From Paraspadella gotoi (lineage: Eukaryota; Animalia; Chaetognatha): a stretch of DNA of 63,997 nucleotides. Positions within the stretch are counted from its first letter, which is position 1. Each line of letters begins with the position of its first letter. This document shows, piece by piece, positions 25,618 through 39,800 of this stretch. The notes below the pieces were generated by a model, which made no database searches, had not been told where the DNA came from, and saw nothing but the letters and a program-made list of their open reading frames with translations. The stretch spans positions 21,567,532-21,631,528 of the forward strand of contig CM119270.1 of assembly GCA_051294375.1 (NCBI GenBank), given 5' to 3'. The position numbers were made by a program, and so were the translations under genes.

Positions 25618-26269
25618 NNNNNNNNNNNNNNNNNNNNNNNNNNNNNNNNNNNNNNNNNNNNNNNNNNNNNNNNNNNNNNNNNNNNNNNNNNNNNNNNNNN
25701 NNNNNNNNNNNNNNNNNNNNNNNNNNNNNNNNNNNNNNNNNNNNNNNNNNNNNNNNNNNNNNNNNNNNNNNNNNNNNNNNNNNNNNNNAGGAGAAAGAGA
25801 GAGAGAAAGATAGAGAGAGAGAGAAAGAGATAGAGAGAGAGAGAGATAGACGAAGTCAAGGAGAAAGACGGAGTGTGTGAGTCGCGACAACCTTGGTGGT
25901 TAAAGTAGGGGGGGGGTTAGGGTGAAGTGATAGTGGTCAAAGTAGTTTAGGCTGTGGTCATTCTGGTCATTGTGGTAATTGTAACAATTAAATTTACATA
26001 GAATGTGAAAATATGTTTAATGGAGCTCTGTTTGTCATTATCTCTCTGCATTATCTTCTCAACTGCCCAAATATATTATTCTTTACCTTTCTCCGTACTC
26101 TCTCTCGTCTCTCTCTTTATTTCGTCTCCTCTTCTCTATCTCTCTCTCTCTCTTCCTCTCTATGTCTTTCTTCTTCTTCTTCGCTCTCTCTGTATACTTC
26201 TCTCTTACCTGTATACTCTCTCTCTCTTTCTCTGTCTCTCTTCTTCAGCTCTCTCTTCTCTCTCTATCT

Positions 26270-26316
<47 letters not shown>

Positions 26317-26832
26317 CTCCTCTCATCTCTTCTTTCTTCTCTCTCTCTCTCTACTTCTACTTCTCTCAAGTTTTGGCTTAAACCATCGGCGGAGGTGACC
26401 TTCATGGTCAAACGATGCGGTTTCACTTCTTTCTCCTCCTCTTCTATCCTCTCCCTCTCCTCCTCCTCCTCCTCCTCTTTAAACGCCACATCTACCAGTC
26501 AAGAATTCACCACGTTAGATTATTACTTTGCTAGCGTCTGAGACCGACGACGATTTTACATTTTTTGGCCTCATTTTTTTGGCGTCTTTGCCAACGAACG
26601 CTAAAGCCAACGCCATCAAACGCCAACGTCATTGAACCCCAAAGTCATTGAACGCCAGCGCCCCCGAACACAAACGCCATCTGAAGCCAACGACAAATTC
26701 TTTGACCCGCCCTCCCTCCTGCTTTCGTCGCATCGATGCTGAAATGAAAGGGAGGGAGATTCTGGGCAAAGAAGAAAAAAAAAGGAGGAAAGAAAAGAAA
26801 ATTAAAAGGATTCTGGATAGATAGAAAGATAT

Positions 26833-26918
<86 letters not shown>

Positions 26919-27783
26919 ATAAGAATGAAGGATAAGAAGAAACAAACAAATTTAAAAAATGAAAGAAAGAAACATTTTACTTATTAGAAAAAAAAAATAG
27001 TATAAATAATAATCCGTCCGAGAAGTACGCATCAAGATAAGGTATTGCGCAGTAGAGTTTTACGAATCCCGGGTCCCCTACTTGACGGCGACCGGTCTTG
27101 ATCGAGGGACCTTCGTATCGGGTGGGTAGTGTCTCGCTCCAATTATCTCAGGGAAAAGTTGGAGGTTTTTAATTTTTAAACCGAATGTTGTATTGTGTTC
27201 TCTATATTTCTAAAAAAATAAAAATAAATATAATATAAAAAGAAATAAATAAGTCAAAGAAAAAATGCAATTAAAATAGTAAAAATTTCAATATTAATGT
27301 TATAAAATCTAAAAATATAAAATAAGGAAAGAAATAATTACTATAAGTTTTCGTCCCCCTTGTTTGTCTTTCCAGACAAATTCCGGTCGTGAGTTGTTTC
27401 GTCAAGGTTGTTTTCTCTGTTTTCTCTGTTTTCACTGTTTTCTCTGTTTTGGTGAAGGTGAAGGTAAGGACGAACTCACTCGACCGAAGACCGTAACTCA
27501 ATTACGTCGACGCCGAATCCTTTCAACGGGTGACGGATTTTTTTTTTACGGCGAAGAGGGATTGAGAATTATTACTTCTCATACCAATACTTATTAATTA
27601 AACGATTAGTAATGTGTTATTAATAATTTTTAATAACTTTTTTTATCGTCACCGTTACGTCAGTCAAACAACTTCCTATTCGGTCAAAAGAAAACAAGGA
27701 TTTGATTTCGTATTTTCTTATGACGGGGACTTTATCCGGAGAGCAGACGATCATCAAGTGATGCTACTTCAATGGAAAATGGC

Positions 27784-27885
<102 letters not shown>

Positions 27886-27997
27886 CCAGGCCCGCCTGTG
27901 AGATTTTATATCCGTCTAGACAGGCTGGCCTGATGCAGACATCATTATCGCCTGTCACCATCACCTGCAACTTACCCCTAACTCCATCTCGACTTAC

Positions 27998-28145
27998 CCG
28001 AAATGCAGGAATAGTGAATCTGCAAATAATCGGGATAAAACGATCCACAATCGTAGGTGTATATCTGCGTTTCTATGGGAACGGGACAATGTCGTTGCCC
28101 GTTGCACATGAGGTCCTTGGGCAGCGTGTGGTTCATGGTGCAGTC
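27998..28145 (-). CDS. Lectin membrane protein, exon for C-half of domain 2
   Basis: Follows a 71-nt intron; acceptor CTTCGCAG, phase 0. Translates DCTMNHTLPKDLMCNGQRHCPVPIETQIYTYDCGSFYPDYLQIHYSCIS. Donor TCGG|GTAAGT. Confidence 0.88.
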
Positions 28146-28216
28146 CTGCGAAGAGGAGGGGGAAAAGAGTGAGGCTTTAGGCATGTCTCACTTCAGTTAA
28201 CTCTTTAACTACTCAC

Positions 28217-28365
28217 GTCTTTGTGAAAGAAGCAATGCTTGGGCTTGGCCGCACTCCACCCATAGTAGGCGCTGAACACGAAAATTTGAAATCTCGGTTC
28301 GCATTCGAGAATGACTGTTTTAGACTGAAGGACTGAACTGCATCCGTAGGCGATTCGATGGGGTT
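28217..28365 (-). CDS. Lectin membrane protein, exon for N-half of domain 2
   Basis: Acceptor CTCTTCCAG; phase 1 matches the exon ending at 40777. Translates EPHRIAYGCSSVLQSKTVILECEPRFQIFVFSAYYGWSAAKPKHCFFHKD. Phase-0 donor GAC|GTGAGT. Confidence 0.86.
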
Positions 28366-28634
28366 CTGGAAGAGGGGAGAAAGGTGTTAGGGAAGGGGGG
28401 AGGGAAGGAGGGAAGGGGGAGGGGTAGGGAAGGGGGGAGAGGAAGAGGGAGATGAAGAGGGGGAGGGGAAAAAATAAATATTCAGTTCTGAATTTCCTGT
28501 TAATGAATCGTTTAGGTTTTCGCGTTTTTTTCTGTAATTATTTCATTAATATTATTTATAATTATTATAAATAAGTAATCTGGAAAACAGAATTTTTCAA
28601 TATCTTGAGCGAAAGGATCCATTTCAATTGTCCT

Positions 28635-28998
28635 GTAGATAAAGCGCTCAGTGGGTTGAAGACAACCATCAGTATCTTCCTTGACCCCTCAGCAGTATCG
28701 TTGCGGATCCTGGGCTTGGAACCATTCTAGAGAGGTTTCCAGGCCGCCGAGGAGGTTCAAGGTCTTCCTCAAGCTTCCAGCAGGGGAGGAAGCATTGGGG
28801 ATCGAACTCGATACCTGATGGTCATGAGCTGATGGCTTTAATATGCGTTTTATTTCGAATTCAACATGGTTGATTCAGTCCAGAGAAAGAAGCTATTTCT
28901 TTGAGGACAGAGTTTTTCGACAAATAGATCTTTGTAATGAATTGAATGAATTGAAATTTTTTAATCAATGAGCCACAAGATCAGAGAGTCTTGGGTGA
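28635..28998 (-). mobile_element. SINE-like element, same family, head split by an insert of about 115 nt
   Basis: Plus strand reads GATAAAGCGCTCAGTGGG...GGGGATCGAACTCGATACCTGATGGTCATGAGCTGATGGCTTTAA, then resumes TCAATGAGCCAC near 28965. Clear B box GAGTTCGATCCCC on the minus strand. Confidence 0.6.
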
Positions 28999-29385
28999 AA
29001 TTGACCGACTACAGTTTCATTCCTTTCTGCCTTAATTAACCCCTTTTTTCCCTTCTTTTTCAAAATCTCTCTCTCTCTCTCTCTCTCTCTCCGTCGTCTC
29101 TCTTCTCTCTCTCTTCTCTTCTCTCCTCTTCTCCCTCTCTTCTCTCTCCTCTCTTGGCAATCAACCTGCAAAGGAAGAGGAATCTATTCAAGTGTCAAGT
29201 AAAACTTTCTCTTTCACAAATTCTTCTTTTATCATTCAACTGTTTCTCACTCTCTCTCTCTCTTTCCTTTCACTCACTTACGCTTTTTTTTCAAGATCTT
29301 TGCTCGTGCCTCAACTCTTTCTGGACCTTTTTTGTATTCGTTTAAAAACGCCTCTTCTCGTCTCTCCTCCTCTCTCCTCTCTCCT

Positions 29386-29444
<59 letters not shown>

Positions 29445-31626
29445 ATCTGCCTGTCTCGTGCTATCACTTTTTCAGAAAACTCAAGCCTCGTAAACCAAAC
29501 GAAAAATGACGGCGAAACTTTCCCTCAGCAGCAAAATGGCTTCTTGAGCCAAAAAAAGAAAAACATTTTTAATATTTTTTTTTATCTAATACTAGCTATG
29601 ACGATGTGGAGTTTTTTGTAGCTAAGACAGAAATGGATTTTTCAGTTGCATAGATAAATACAACTTAAATTATGGCTTCTTTGTTAATGTGAGAAAATTC
29701 AAGTAAAAATCTTTTTCACTAAATTTGGCATCGAATCACAAGTTCTTCTTTTCACGGGCAAATAGCCAATCTCCCTTTTTTGTGACCTCGAAAAAACTTC
29801 GTGAAATTTTTACGCCGTGAATACTATTAGGTCGGTCGGTCTGTTAATCTGTCTGTCCATATGCCCATCTAACGTTTTGAATAAATTATGCTTTATTATA
29901 TAATGAGAAGCTTTTTTTGCGTACATTAATTACTTATTAAGGCGTAGTAAAATTTCTAAATTTAACTTTAATTAAAATTCTATAAAGTGGGGAGACGATA
30001 CATACATTAATCTACTACTGAACATTTATGTTATATTAGAAAAACTTATTCATAATGAAATTTTCACTACATTTCACGCGGCAGCTAGGTCATATTTATA
30101 GCTAGTACTATATGCCAATAAATTGTTTAGAATATCAAGAACGAGTTTTTTCTAACGAATTTTTATTGCAGATTTGGATTCGTCATAAAAAGTTGATGAA
30201 AAGAAATTATAACTCTTTTTACAAACATTTCTTCATTAAGTGGGTCAAAAAAGTAGCAAAAAAGCTATATTTTAGAGCTTGAAATTTAACTTTGTTATAT
30301 ATAAATATAGCTTTTATAATTTTCTAAACGCCACTTAATGATAAGAATTTTTTACAAATGAGTTTATATTTCTTTTATCAACTTTTGACGATGCGATATA
30401 TCAAATCTGCATATCACAAATTAAGAAAAGCCTAGTTTTTGAAATTTTGATATCTAAGAAATAGTACTGTATATAAATAACTACCGAAAATTAATAACAC
30501 TAAAATTATTTTTTTTTACAAATGTAATGTTCACTGATGGTAGTGCATAATGGACCTTTTAGAATTTCCGTACGTAAATTCACTACCTTATTACTATATG
30601 ATCAACTCGAGATACATATAATATCAAAAGTGAAGGTGAATATCGAGACGCAGACACTTTTCGGAATTTCAGTTTGCATGTTTTTTAACCGCAACAAATT
30701 CTTCACTAGCTTCCAAAATTGCCTTGAGGCAGATGCGAAAAAAACTCTGAGGTCCGCCTTTGTTCCTTCACACAATCTGCTATCCTACATGTGTGCCCAT
30801 TCAAATATCTTCGTACGCCGGTCGATCCATCGATGTTCCACACTGGGCACAGATGCCCGTAATCTGCGCCTTCAAGATCACGACGTTGCTAAGCTCCCGA
30901 TCGCGCGTCCCTCTACCGACATGCCTATGTTCAAGCATCTTAACCAAAACGTCCCACCGAAAGTGCAGACTCCAGCCTTCAAAGTGAGACTCACCTTCCA
31001 AAACACCACCCACCTTTTATCCTCCCCCCACTGGACTGGCCTCCCCCGCACCACCCCGGCCAATCCGCCCAAGAGTCTGTGTCAAAAAATCCAGTAAAAT
31101 TTCATTCTTCGAATCCCGGAACTCCTTAAGACATAATCGCCTTCGAAGGAAAACAAGATGGGCAGAGACGCGAGGGTCAACATGAACAATGGGCAGGAGG
31201 GAGAAGGTTTGGAGATCGGAGAGAGAGAGGATCGGAGCAGTGTTTCTGTTGGAGAGACCTCTCTTCTATCTTGTTTCTTTTCTTTCTTGGCTTCTCTAAC
31301 TCTCTCTCTCTCTTCTCTCTCTCCTCTGCTCTCGTCTCTCTCTGTTCTCGTCTCTCCTCTCGTACTCTCGTCTCTCTCGTCATTCCCTCGCTCCGTTGGG
31401 AGAGGCTTGTCTCGTAGAAGACGTTTTCTTTGCGTCGTCATCGTCATCGTCAACATCGTCGTTATCATCGTCGTCATCATCGTGATTGTCATTATCTTCG
31501 TCATCATCGTCATTGTCGTCGTCGTCATCATCATCATCGTCGTCGTCATCATCGTCGTAATCATCGCTATTTTTATTATCATTGTCGTCATTCTCATCGT
31601 CGTCGTCGTCGACATCGTCATCGTTA

Positions 31627-31661
<35 letters not shown>

Positions 31662-31772
31662 TTGCCTCGGCCGCGTTTTCCTTACCCGGGGTTTATTTGG
31701 TTCCCTCTCCCGGTGGACAAACAAAAGAACCATTGACCCGAACTGGTTCCTCTCGCGTCGGCGGACTCACCA

Positions 31773-32002
31773 GCCATCTAGAAGGTGAGCTTACCCGCCA
31801 CCTAGAAGGTGAACTCAAACAACATCAAGAAGGAAGGCTCTCCCGGCACCTAGAAGGTAAGCTCACTCGCCATCTAGTAGGTGAATTCTATTGCCACCTG
31901 AGAGGTGAATTCTCTCGCCCACTAGGTGGTGAACTCAACTGCCATCTAGAAGGTAAGCTCACTCGCTACCTTGATGCTGAACTCGCCCGCCATCTAGAAG
32001 AA
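31773..32002. repeat. Degenerate 24-nt tandem repeat (CATCTAGAAGGTGAGCTCACTCGC-like), about 9-10 copies
   Basis: Translates as HLEGELTR-like octapeptides in one + frame. Confidence 0.85.
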
Positions 32003-33177
32003 TCGTCCTAAAATTCCTTTCAGATTTACTTTGTGTTTTTTTTTTTCATGAGACTCATCTTCTCTCAGGATTTTGTTCGATATTTTCAGATTTGCTTGAA
32101 ATTCATCTCATTTCATTCATCTCATTTCATTCATCTCATTTCATTCATCTCATTTCATTCATCTCATTTCATTCATATCATGGCACTTTCTTCCCAGAGC
32201 GCCCAATTTTTTTCCCCAGAGCGCCTCATTTCTGTTGCATTATTTTCCAGAGAATTTGTAGTTAAATTAAGAGATCGCAAAAGACGCCAAGCAGCACAAG
32301 CTTTCCGAATTGATTGTTGGAATCGTGAGGAAGCCAACGGAAACGACAGTAATTTGTCAGAGGGCGACAAGCAGTTCTTATTGCTTGCAAGAAACTTCAA
32401 AAAGGGACAAACATCTGGAATTGTTTATGCATAGAGGATGAAAAAGTGCCAATTGCTTGCAAGGTCCATGAAGAGACGCCAAAGACTTCAAATTTCTTGT
32501 AAAAAGGGAAAAAAACTTTAGTATTTGCTTGTATGACATGAGAGGAGGCGTCACGCAATCTGATTTGCTTGTATGACATGACTGTGACGTCAAGCATCAC
32601 AGATTGAAAGGAAATCACGTTCGACGTCGACGAACGAATCGAGCGAAAAGAGAAGACGACGACGACGACGATGACGACGACGATAACGACGACGAAGGAC
32701 GACCGACAACAGACGCCCGATAACGAACGACGACCACGAAACCGACGACGACGACGTACGATAGTGCACACGACATGAACGACGAATAACGACGACGATA
32801 CTGGACGACGACGACACTACGACGTCCAGGGAAAGGATCAAAGGTCAAAACAATAAAAAGTTGACTCGCGGATCGGCGTCGCCCTTGGCGAAAGTCGGGA
32901 GGACGGACAGGGGGGGGGGGGCGTAGAGTGTGGTGATGGCCTGATTATGTGTCCGGGTGGTGGGTGGGCCTCACTGGGCATGGTAAGATGAATGGGCGGA
33001 GGGGCCTGGTCAGAAGCATGTTGAGATGGTAGATGTTTAATGGAAGGCCTGGTGAGTTGGTGAGTTAAACAGATCATGAGAGGAAAACATTGTCGGGTAA
33101 GTTCCATGGAAGGAAAGTCCAAAGTGAGTTAAAGTCTGATGATGTGAGGGTAAGAATCGGGTTCTCAGGGTTTAGGG

Positions 33178-33820
33178 TTTAAAGGGACATAGGGAAGAAG
33201 GCACGAAGGGACAAGCGGTTTAAAGGGACGAAGGTACGAAGAGACAAAGAGTTTAAAGGGACGAAGGTATGAAGGGACAAGGGGTTTAAAGGGACGAAGG
33301 TATGAAGGGACAAGGGGTTTAAAGGGACGAAGGTATGAAGGGACAAGGGGTTTAAAGGGACGAAGGTATGAAGGGACAAGGGGTTTAAAGGGACGAAAGC
33401 ATGAAGGGACAAAGGGTTTAAAGGGACAAAGGTACAAAGAGACAAAGGGTTTAAAGGGACAAAGGTATGAAGGGACAAGGGGTTTAAAGGGACGAAGGCA
33501 TGAAGGGACAAGGGGTTTAAAGGGACGAAGGTATGAAGAGACAAAGGGTTTAAAGGGATGAAGGGACAAGGGGTTTAAAAGGACGAAGGCACGAAAGGAC
33601 AAGGGGTTTAAAGAGACGAAGGTATGAAGAGACAAAGGGTTTAAAGGGACGAATGTATGAAGGGATAAGGGGTTTAAAAGGACGAAGGCACGAAGGGACA
33701 AGGGGTTTAAAGGGACGAAGGTACGAAGAGACAAAGGGTTTAAATGGACGAATGTATGAAGGGACAAGGGGTTTAAAGGGACGAAGGCACAAAGGGACAA
33801 GGGGTTTAAAGGGACTAAGA
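33178..33820. repeat. Minisatellite, 33-nt dimeric unit AAGGGACAAGGGGTTTA+AAGGGACGAAGGTATG, about 19 copies
   Basis: Directly visible. A degraded inverted copy lies at about 36660-37545. Confidence 0.95.
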
Positions 33821-36800
33821 CAAGGAGACTTCATCCAAGTCTGAGGCGGAAATAGAAATCGATGGAGAAGAAGAGATCAAACACGAATGAATTGAGTGTG
33901 GAACGAATGAATTGAGAGTGGAAAGAATGAATTGAATGTGGAATGAATGGATTGAGTGTGGAAACTTGAGAGTCGAATACTGGAATGTTTAGAGTGATTT
34001 TTAAGTTTAGAGTTTTTCATTGTTAAAAATGGAATAGATAGACATAAAAATGAACTGTTTATTTGGCAAAAAAAGAATGCTTTTATTTTTATTTTTTTGC
34101 ATGCACGATGACGGTGAAATTAATAAATAAAGGGTTAGATAATAAAAAAAAAATATTCAAAAAAAAAAAAAAGCTTCTTTTTCCACATCCGACACAATGA
34201 AAAATGGCGTAACGTTACTGTTCCGTGCATAAAAAAAATTTCTTTGTCAATATATTATACTTCTTTTTATTTTTTGAAACATATAGTTTTCATATGCTGA
34301 TATCCAAAATATCAATGCAAAATTTTTTTGTTTTTTGATATGACTGAATATAGGGAAAGATGATAAATTTTTTTAAAAGTTACTTATTCATATTTATTCC
34401 TAGAATTGTAATAGAAAAAGATGAAAAAATTAATAGTACTAATAGTTAGTGTTATGTCTCAAATAGATGGAAAAAAAACCTCATTTAAATTCGATTCGGG
34501 AAGTGGGTAACTAAGCTTACCAATGCATCCTCACGCCGATTGTTCTCTCAAATAATTTTTTATTTAATACATTTGAAAGGGAAAAAAAGAATTTGTAATG
34601 CAGGTTGCAGAAAGGGTACAGATATCTGGACTTATTGACATGATAACCTGACTTTTAATATCTTGTGAAATGGGGGCAGTAAAGAAATCATAAAAATTTC
34701 CATCATTAAGTCAGTCACATGAACCTTTCATGGCTATTACGGAATATTTTTTCTTAATTAAAATGGATGATAATAATAAAATTAAATTCCTTGCTATATT
34801 TAAAAAAAATTATCAATACAAATTAATACAATGATGTTTTGCTTTGTCAAATATGTTACCAGCTATATAATTTTTTACAACTTTAATATGATAAACAGCA
34901 GTGTGTCCAGCTTTTTTAGTTTGCAGTTAAAGATAATGAAAAATGACGAATTTTTTTATCACAGACAGAAGGTAGATGTCCAGACTGTTATATTCAAGCT
35001 GAAAACATTTTTGTATTTATCATTTTTAAATTTTAAAAATATATTTTATCAAGCTACAACATAAATTTTTGCTTGTTTTTTACTTTACTGAAAATATAAG
35101 CAATTTTATGGAATAAAAAAAAATTAAATAAACAAAATGTAATTCAGTCTTTCCTTTTTCAAATTACAAAAGAAAAAGAAAAAATTTCATATGTTTTCAT
35201 TGAAATTAAAGAGCAAAAACTGTTATACTTTTAACTCTGATTTAAACAAAGCTGTGTAAAGATTATGGATTTAATTTATAAAACTCTTTTAGAAAGGTGT
35301 CCATGATTAGGGCTTTAATTGATACCACATCCCTTGCTACCTCTCTTCTTTCAAAAGTTATTTAAAATAACGTTTTTAATTACGCAGTTATCAATTTTGT
35401 TAAATAAAATTTCGGGCAAAGGGGGTATCTCACTTATTTTGTTGGTACAATACTTAATTTCAAATAAACTTGAGAAAATTTTTTTTGTCACTTAACAATA
35501 TCTTTCGATGTACCCATCATATAATAATTATTTTTTATCTTCACCCAAAAAAGCCTAATTAGAAAGTTGAATTTTTCAAATGTTGGAAAAACATTTCATC
35601 CGACCTATGCTCATTGAGATATTGGTTTTGCATAGAAATTAAAACTATCAAAAAATAAGAAAAATCAGCTCTAAGAAAATCGAAAGGCTAGAGCTTGATT
35701 TTTTGAATTGCAAAATTTTTTTCTGACTCCTTAATCCATTATCTCAGTTTCAAAATATTTTTTTTCCAAATCATTCATCATTTTTTTATTAATTTAAAGT
35801 TTTATGATGTTGTTTTTGTTTTGAAGATCTGAAAGATAGTAAAAATATGTATATTATATAAGGTTTTGAAAATACTTTAAATATTAAATAATAGCACAAG
35901 GGAGTAAGTCAGAGAAAACTTTCCATTCATAAAGAAAATTGAAAATGAATTTGTCATATTGTTATTTAGATATATATTGACTAATTACAAACAAATGATC
36001 ATTAAAATTAGGAATGATGAGTAAAAAATATTCATCTTGGTTCGGTTAACTAATTAGTTATCGTTAAAGTTTTGTTTATAATATTAATATTTTTTTTGCA
36101 TTTATAAAGCACTGGTCTAAATTTTGTAAGGCGTTCGAGCATAATATGCTTCATCTTTTTTGTACTATTTTTGATCTAGTTAGCTTTTTTGTTGCAGGGT
36201 CAAGGTATGGTCAGTAAGATATCAGTGTGCTATATCGACATTTACCAAAGTATGATCAATTAATTTGGCTCAAAACGATTTTAAAAGAGAAATCAGCACA
36301 GCGTTTTCGCCAGTTATTTTTCATTGTGTCATCCGTATTTTTTTTTCTTTGAATATTTTTTTTAATTATCTACCTCTTATTTATTAATTTCCACGTCATC
36401 GTGCATGCAAAAAATAAATAAAAGCATTTCTTTTTGTCCAATCAACAGCTTATTTGTGTCTATCTTTCCTTTTAACAATGAAAAAACTCTAACTTAAAAT
36501 CACTCTAAACACTTCCAGTATTCGATCTCCAAGTTTCACCCATCCAATCCATTTCATTCATTCATTCTTCTATCCATCTCAATTCGTCCACTCATATTCA
36601 TCTTCAGTGTTTGAATCTGCTTCTCTCCATCATTTCTATTTCGCTCGTCTGGATGAATCTCCTTGTCTTAGTCCTTTAACCCTTGTCCCTTTGTGCCTCG
36701 TCCCTTAAACCCTTGTCCCTTCTACATTCGTCATTTAAACCTTTGTCTCTTCGTACTTCGTTCCCTTTAAACCCTTGTCCCTTTCAGTGTTCGTCCTTTT

Positions 36801-39800
36801 AAACCTTTATCCTTCTACATTCGTCCTTTATAACCTTTGTCTTCTACTGTCGTTCTTCGTCCTTTTTCCAACCCTGTCGTCTTTCGTGTGCCTTACGTCC
36901 CTTTTAACCTGTCCCTTCATCTTACCTTTGTCTCTTATACACTGTCCCTTTAAACCTGTCCCTTTCACCTTCTCCCTTTAACCCTTTGTCCTCTACCTTT
37001 GTCCTTTAACAGTTTAAACCCCCTTGCCCTTCGTGCCATTCGCCCTTAAACCCCTTGTCCCTTCATAATTATGTCCTTTATAACCCTTGTCCTTCTAATT
37101 CGTCCATTTAAACGCCCTGTCCTTCGTGCTTGGTCCTTTTTAACCCCTTATCCTTCTATACATTGTCCTTAAACATTGTCTTCTTCTATACTTTGTCTCT
37201 TAAACCCTTGGTCCTTCGTGCCTTCGTCCTTTTAAACCCCTTGTCCCTTCATCCCTTTAAACCCTTTGTGTCTCTTCTACTTCGTCCTTTAACCCTTGAT
37301 CCCTTCATGCCTGTCCCTTTAAACCCTGTGCCTTCATACTTTTGTCCTTTAAACCCTTGTCTATTTGTACTTTGTCCCTTTAAACCCTTTTCTTCTGTTT
37401 CGTCCCTTTAAACCCTTGTCCCTTATACTTCGTCCTTTAACCCCTTGTCCTCATAACCTTCGTCCCTTTAAACTCTTTGTCTCTCGTACTTCGTTCCTTT
37501 AAACGCTCTGTCCCTCGTCCTTCTTCCCTATGTCCTTTAACCCTGAACCCTGAGACCGATTCTTACGCCTCACATCATCAGACTTTACTCACTTTGTGAC
37601 TCTCTTCCTGGACTTACCCGACATGTTGTTTTCCTCTTTCATGATCTGTTTAACTCACCAACTCACAGGCCTTCATTAAACATTACCATCTCAACATGCT
37701 TGCTGACAGGCCCTCCGCCATTCCATCTTACCATGCCCAGTGAGCCACCACCACCGAATAAAATCCAGCTCACCCACTCTACCCCCCTCCCTCACTTTCT
37801 GCCAGCGACCGCGACCCAGTCAATTTTTATTTTGCTTTGACCTTTGATGTCGGTCGTCGTCGTCTCACAACTAGTGAGTCTGTCTAGCGTGCGTCTCGTC
37901 TCATGTAAGTCGTCTCTTATGTCGTCGTCATCGTTGTTCGTTCTTCTGTCGTCGTACGTCGTCTGTTTTCGTTCGTATGTCGTCTTTGTCGTGCGTGTCT
38001 CTTATCGTCGTCGTCATCGTCGTCGTTCGCGTCTTCTCTTTCGCTCGATTCGTTTCGTCGGACGTCGACCGTGATTCCTTTCAATCTGTGATGACTTGAC
38101 GTCCAGTCCATTGTCTACAATGCTCAATCAGATTTCGGCGCCTCCTCTTCATGTATACAAGCAATATACTAAAGTTTTTTTCCTTTTTACAAAGAAATTT
38201 GAGTCTTTGGTCTCTTCTATGACCTTGCAACAAATTTGTCAACTTTTTTCACCTCATGCATAACATTCCAGATGTTTTCCCTTTGAGTTTCTTGCAAGCA
38301 ATTAAAACTGCTTGTTCGCCCTCTGATCATATTACGTTCGTTTCTGGTTCTCACTGATTCACAGATCAATTCGGAGCTTGTCTTGCTCTGCGTCTTTCGA
38401 TCCTTTAATTTTAACTACAAATTCTGGAAATAATGCACGAAATGAGGGCTCTGGGAAAAAATTGGGCGTTCTGGAGAGAAGTGCCTGATGATGATAAATG
38501 AATGAATGAATGAGATGAATGAAATGAGATGAATAAATGAGATGAACTAATGAAGATGATTTCAAGCAAATCTGAAAATATGAACAAAATCGGCTGAGAG
38601 AAGATGAGTCTCATGAAAAAAAACAAAGTAAATCTAAGGATTGTAGACGTTCTTCTAAGGCGGGCCCGGATTCAGCTTCAAGGTACGAGTGAGCTTACCT
38701 CTGATGGCAGTTAGTTCACACCTATGGCGAGATGAATTCACCTCTCTAGTGGCAATAGATTCACTCTAGTGGCGAGTTGAGATACTTTAGTCGGAAGGCC
38801 TTCTTCATTGATTTGTTTGAGTCACCTCTAGGTGCGCGGGTAAGCTCACCTTCTAAATGGTGGTGAGTCCGCGACGCGAAGGACCAGTTCGCGCAATTTT
38901 TTTGTTTGTCCACGGGGAGGAACACCTAACCCGAGTAAGAAAACGCGGCCAGGCGCGACGACGACGACGACGACGCGAGAGACGAACGATGACGATGTCG
39001 AACGACGACGACGATGAGAATACGACCATTATAATAAAAAGCCGAATTGATTACGCGATGATGACGAGACGTGATGATATGACGACGACGACATGACGAT
39101 TGATGACGAATGATAATGACATACGATGATGACGACGATGTAACGAGATTTTGCGATGCGTGACGACGGAAAGAAACGGCGTACGAGAAAAGCCTCTCCA
39201 GACGAGAAGAGAGAGAGAGGGAGGAAGAGAAAGAGAGGAGGAGATAGAGAGGAGAGGAGCCAGAGAAGAAACAGATAGGGATGTTCTCAAAGAAACACTC
39301 TCTCTCTCTCTCTCGTTCCAACTTTCTCTCCTGCCCATTTTTATGTTGCCTGTCTCTGATTTGTTTTCTTCGAAGGCGATTTTTAAGGATTCCGGATTCG
39401 AAATAAAATTTATGGATTTTTGACAAGATCTTGGCGGTGGGGGTGGGGAGGCAGTTGTGGGGGTAAGTGTGTGTTGAGGTGGATTCACTTGGGGTTTGTT
39501 TTTGTGTAAGGTTGGATGATGTCTTAGCGTTGGAGGAGCTGCATAACGTCGTTCTTGAAGGCGTTAGCGTATTGTGCCAGTGTGACAGATGGATCGATGT
39601 CAGAGATTTTGAATGGGCAATGTGGATCATTGTTGAGGACAAAAGGCGGTTTTCGACGATCTGTCAGAATTTGAATGTGAAAATTTTGGGATTAAACAGA
39701 ACTGAATTCCCGAATGTTCATCATCACTTTGGTATTCATTGATAATTTAATGTATAATTGGCGTAGTGAAAGTTTAACGTACAATTCTTCTATAAAGGTC

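Noticed and set aside
25090-27530. Additional lectin stalk exons near 25090-25292, 26340-26738 and 27345-27519
   Set aside because: Acceptor-like sites exist, but the phase-compatible frames hit stops. They cannot be resolved without transcripts.
30537-31097. 186-aa + strand ORF
   Set aside because: No recognisable domain or splice structure, and it lies in noisy sequence at the edge of the inverted duplication.
31082-32011. Overlapping poly-Asp, poly-Val/Ile, poly-Thr and poly-Arg/His ORFs (also 22265-22492)
   Set aside because: These come from degenerate (GAC/GAT)n trinucleotide repeats that are open in many frames, with no independent coding evidence.
33168-33182. Telomeric repeat (TTTAGGG)
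   Set aside because: Only about two units are present, and they are part of the minisatellite edge.
34206-36314. Internal region of a foldback transposon between long TIRs
   Set aside because: No transposase-like ORF is present, the arms are ordinary intronic DNA, and the error pattern points to an artefact.
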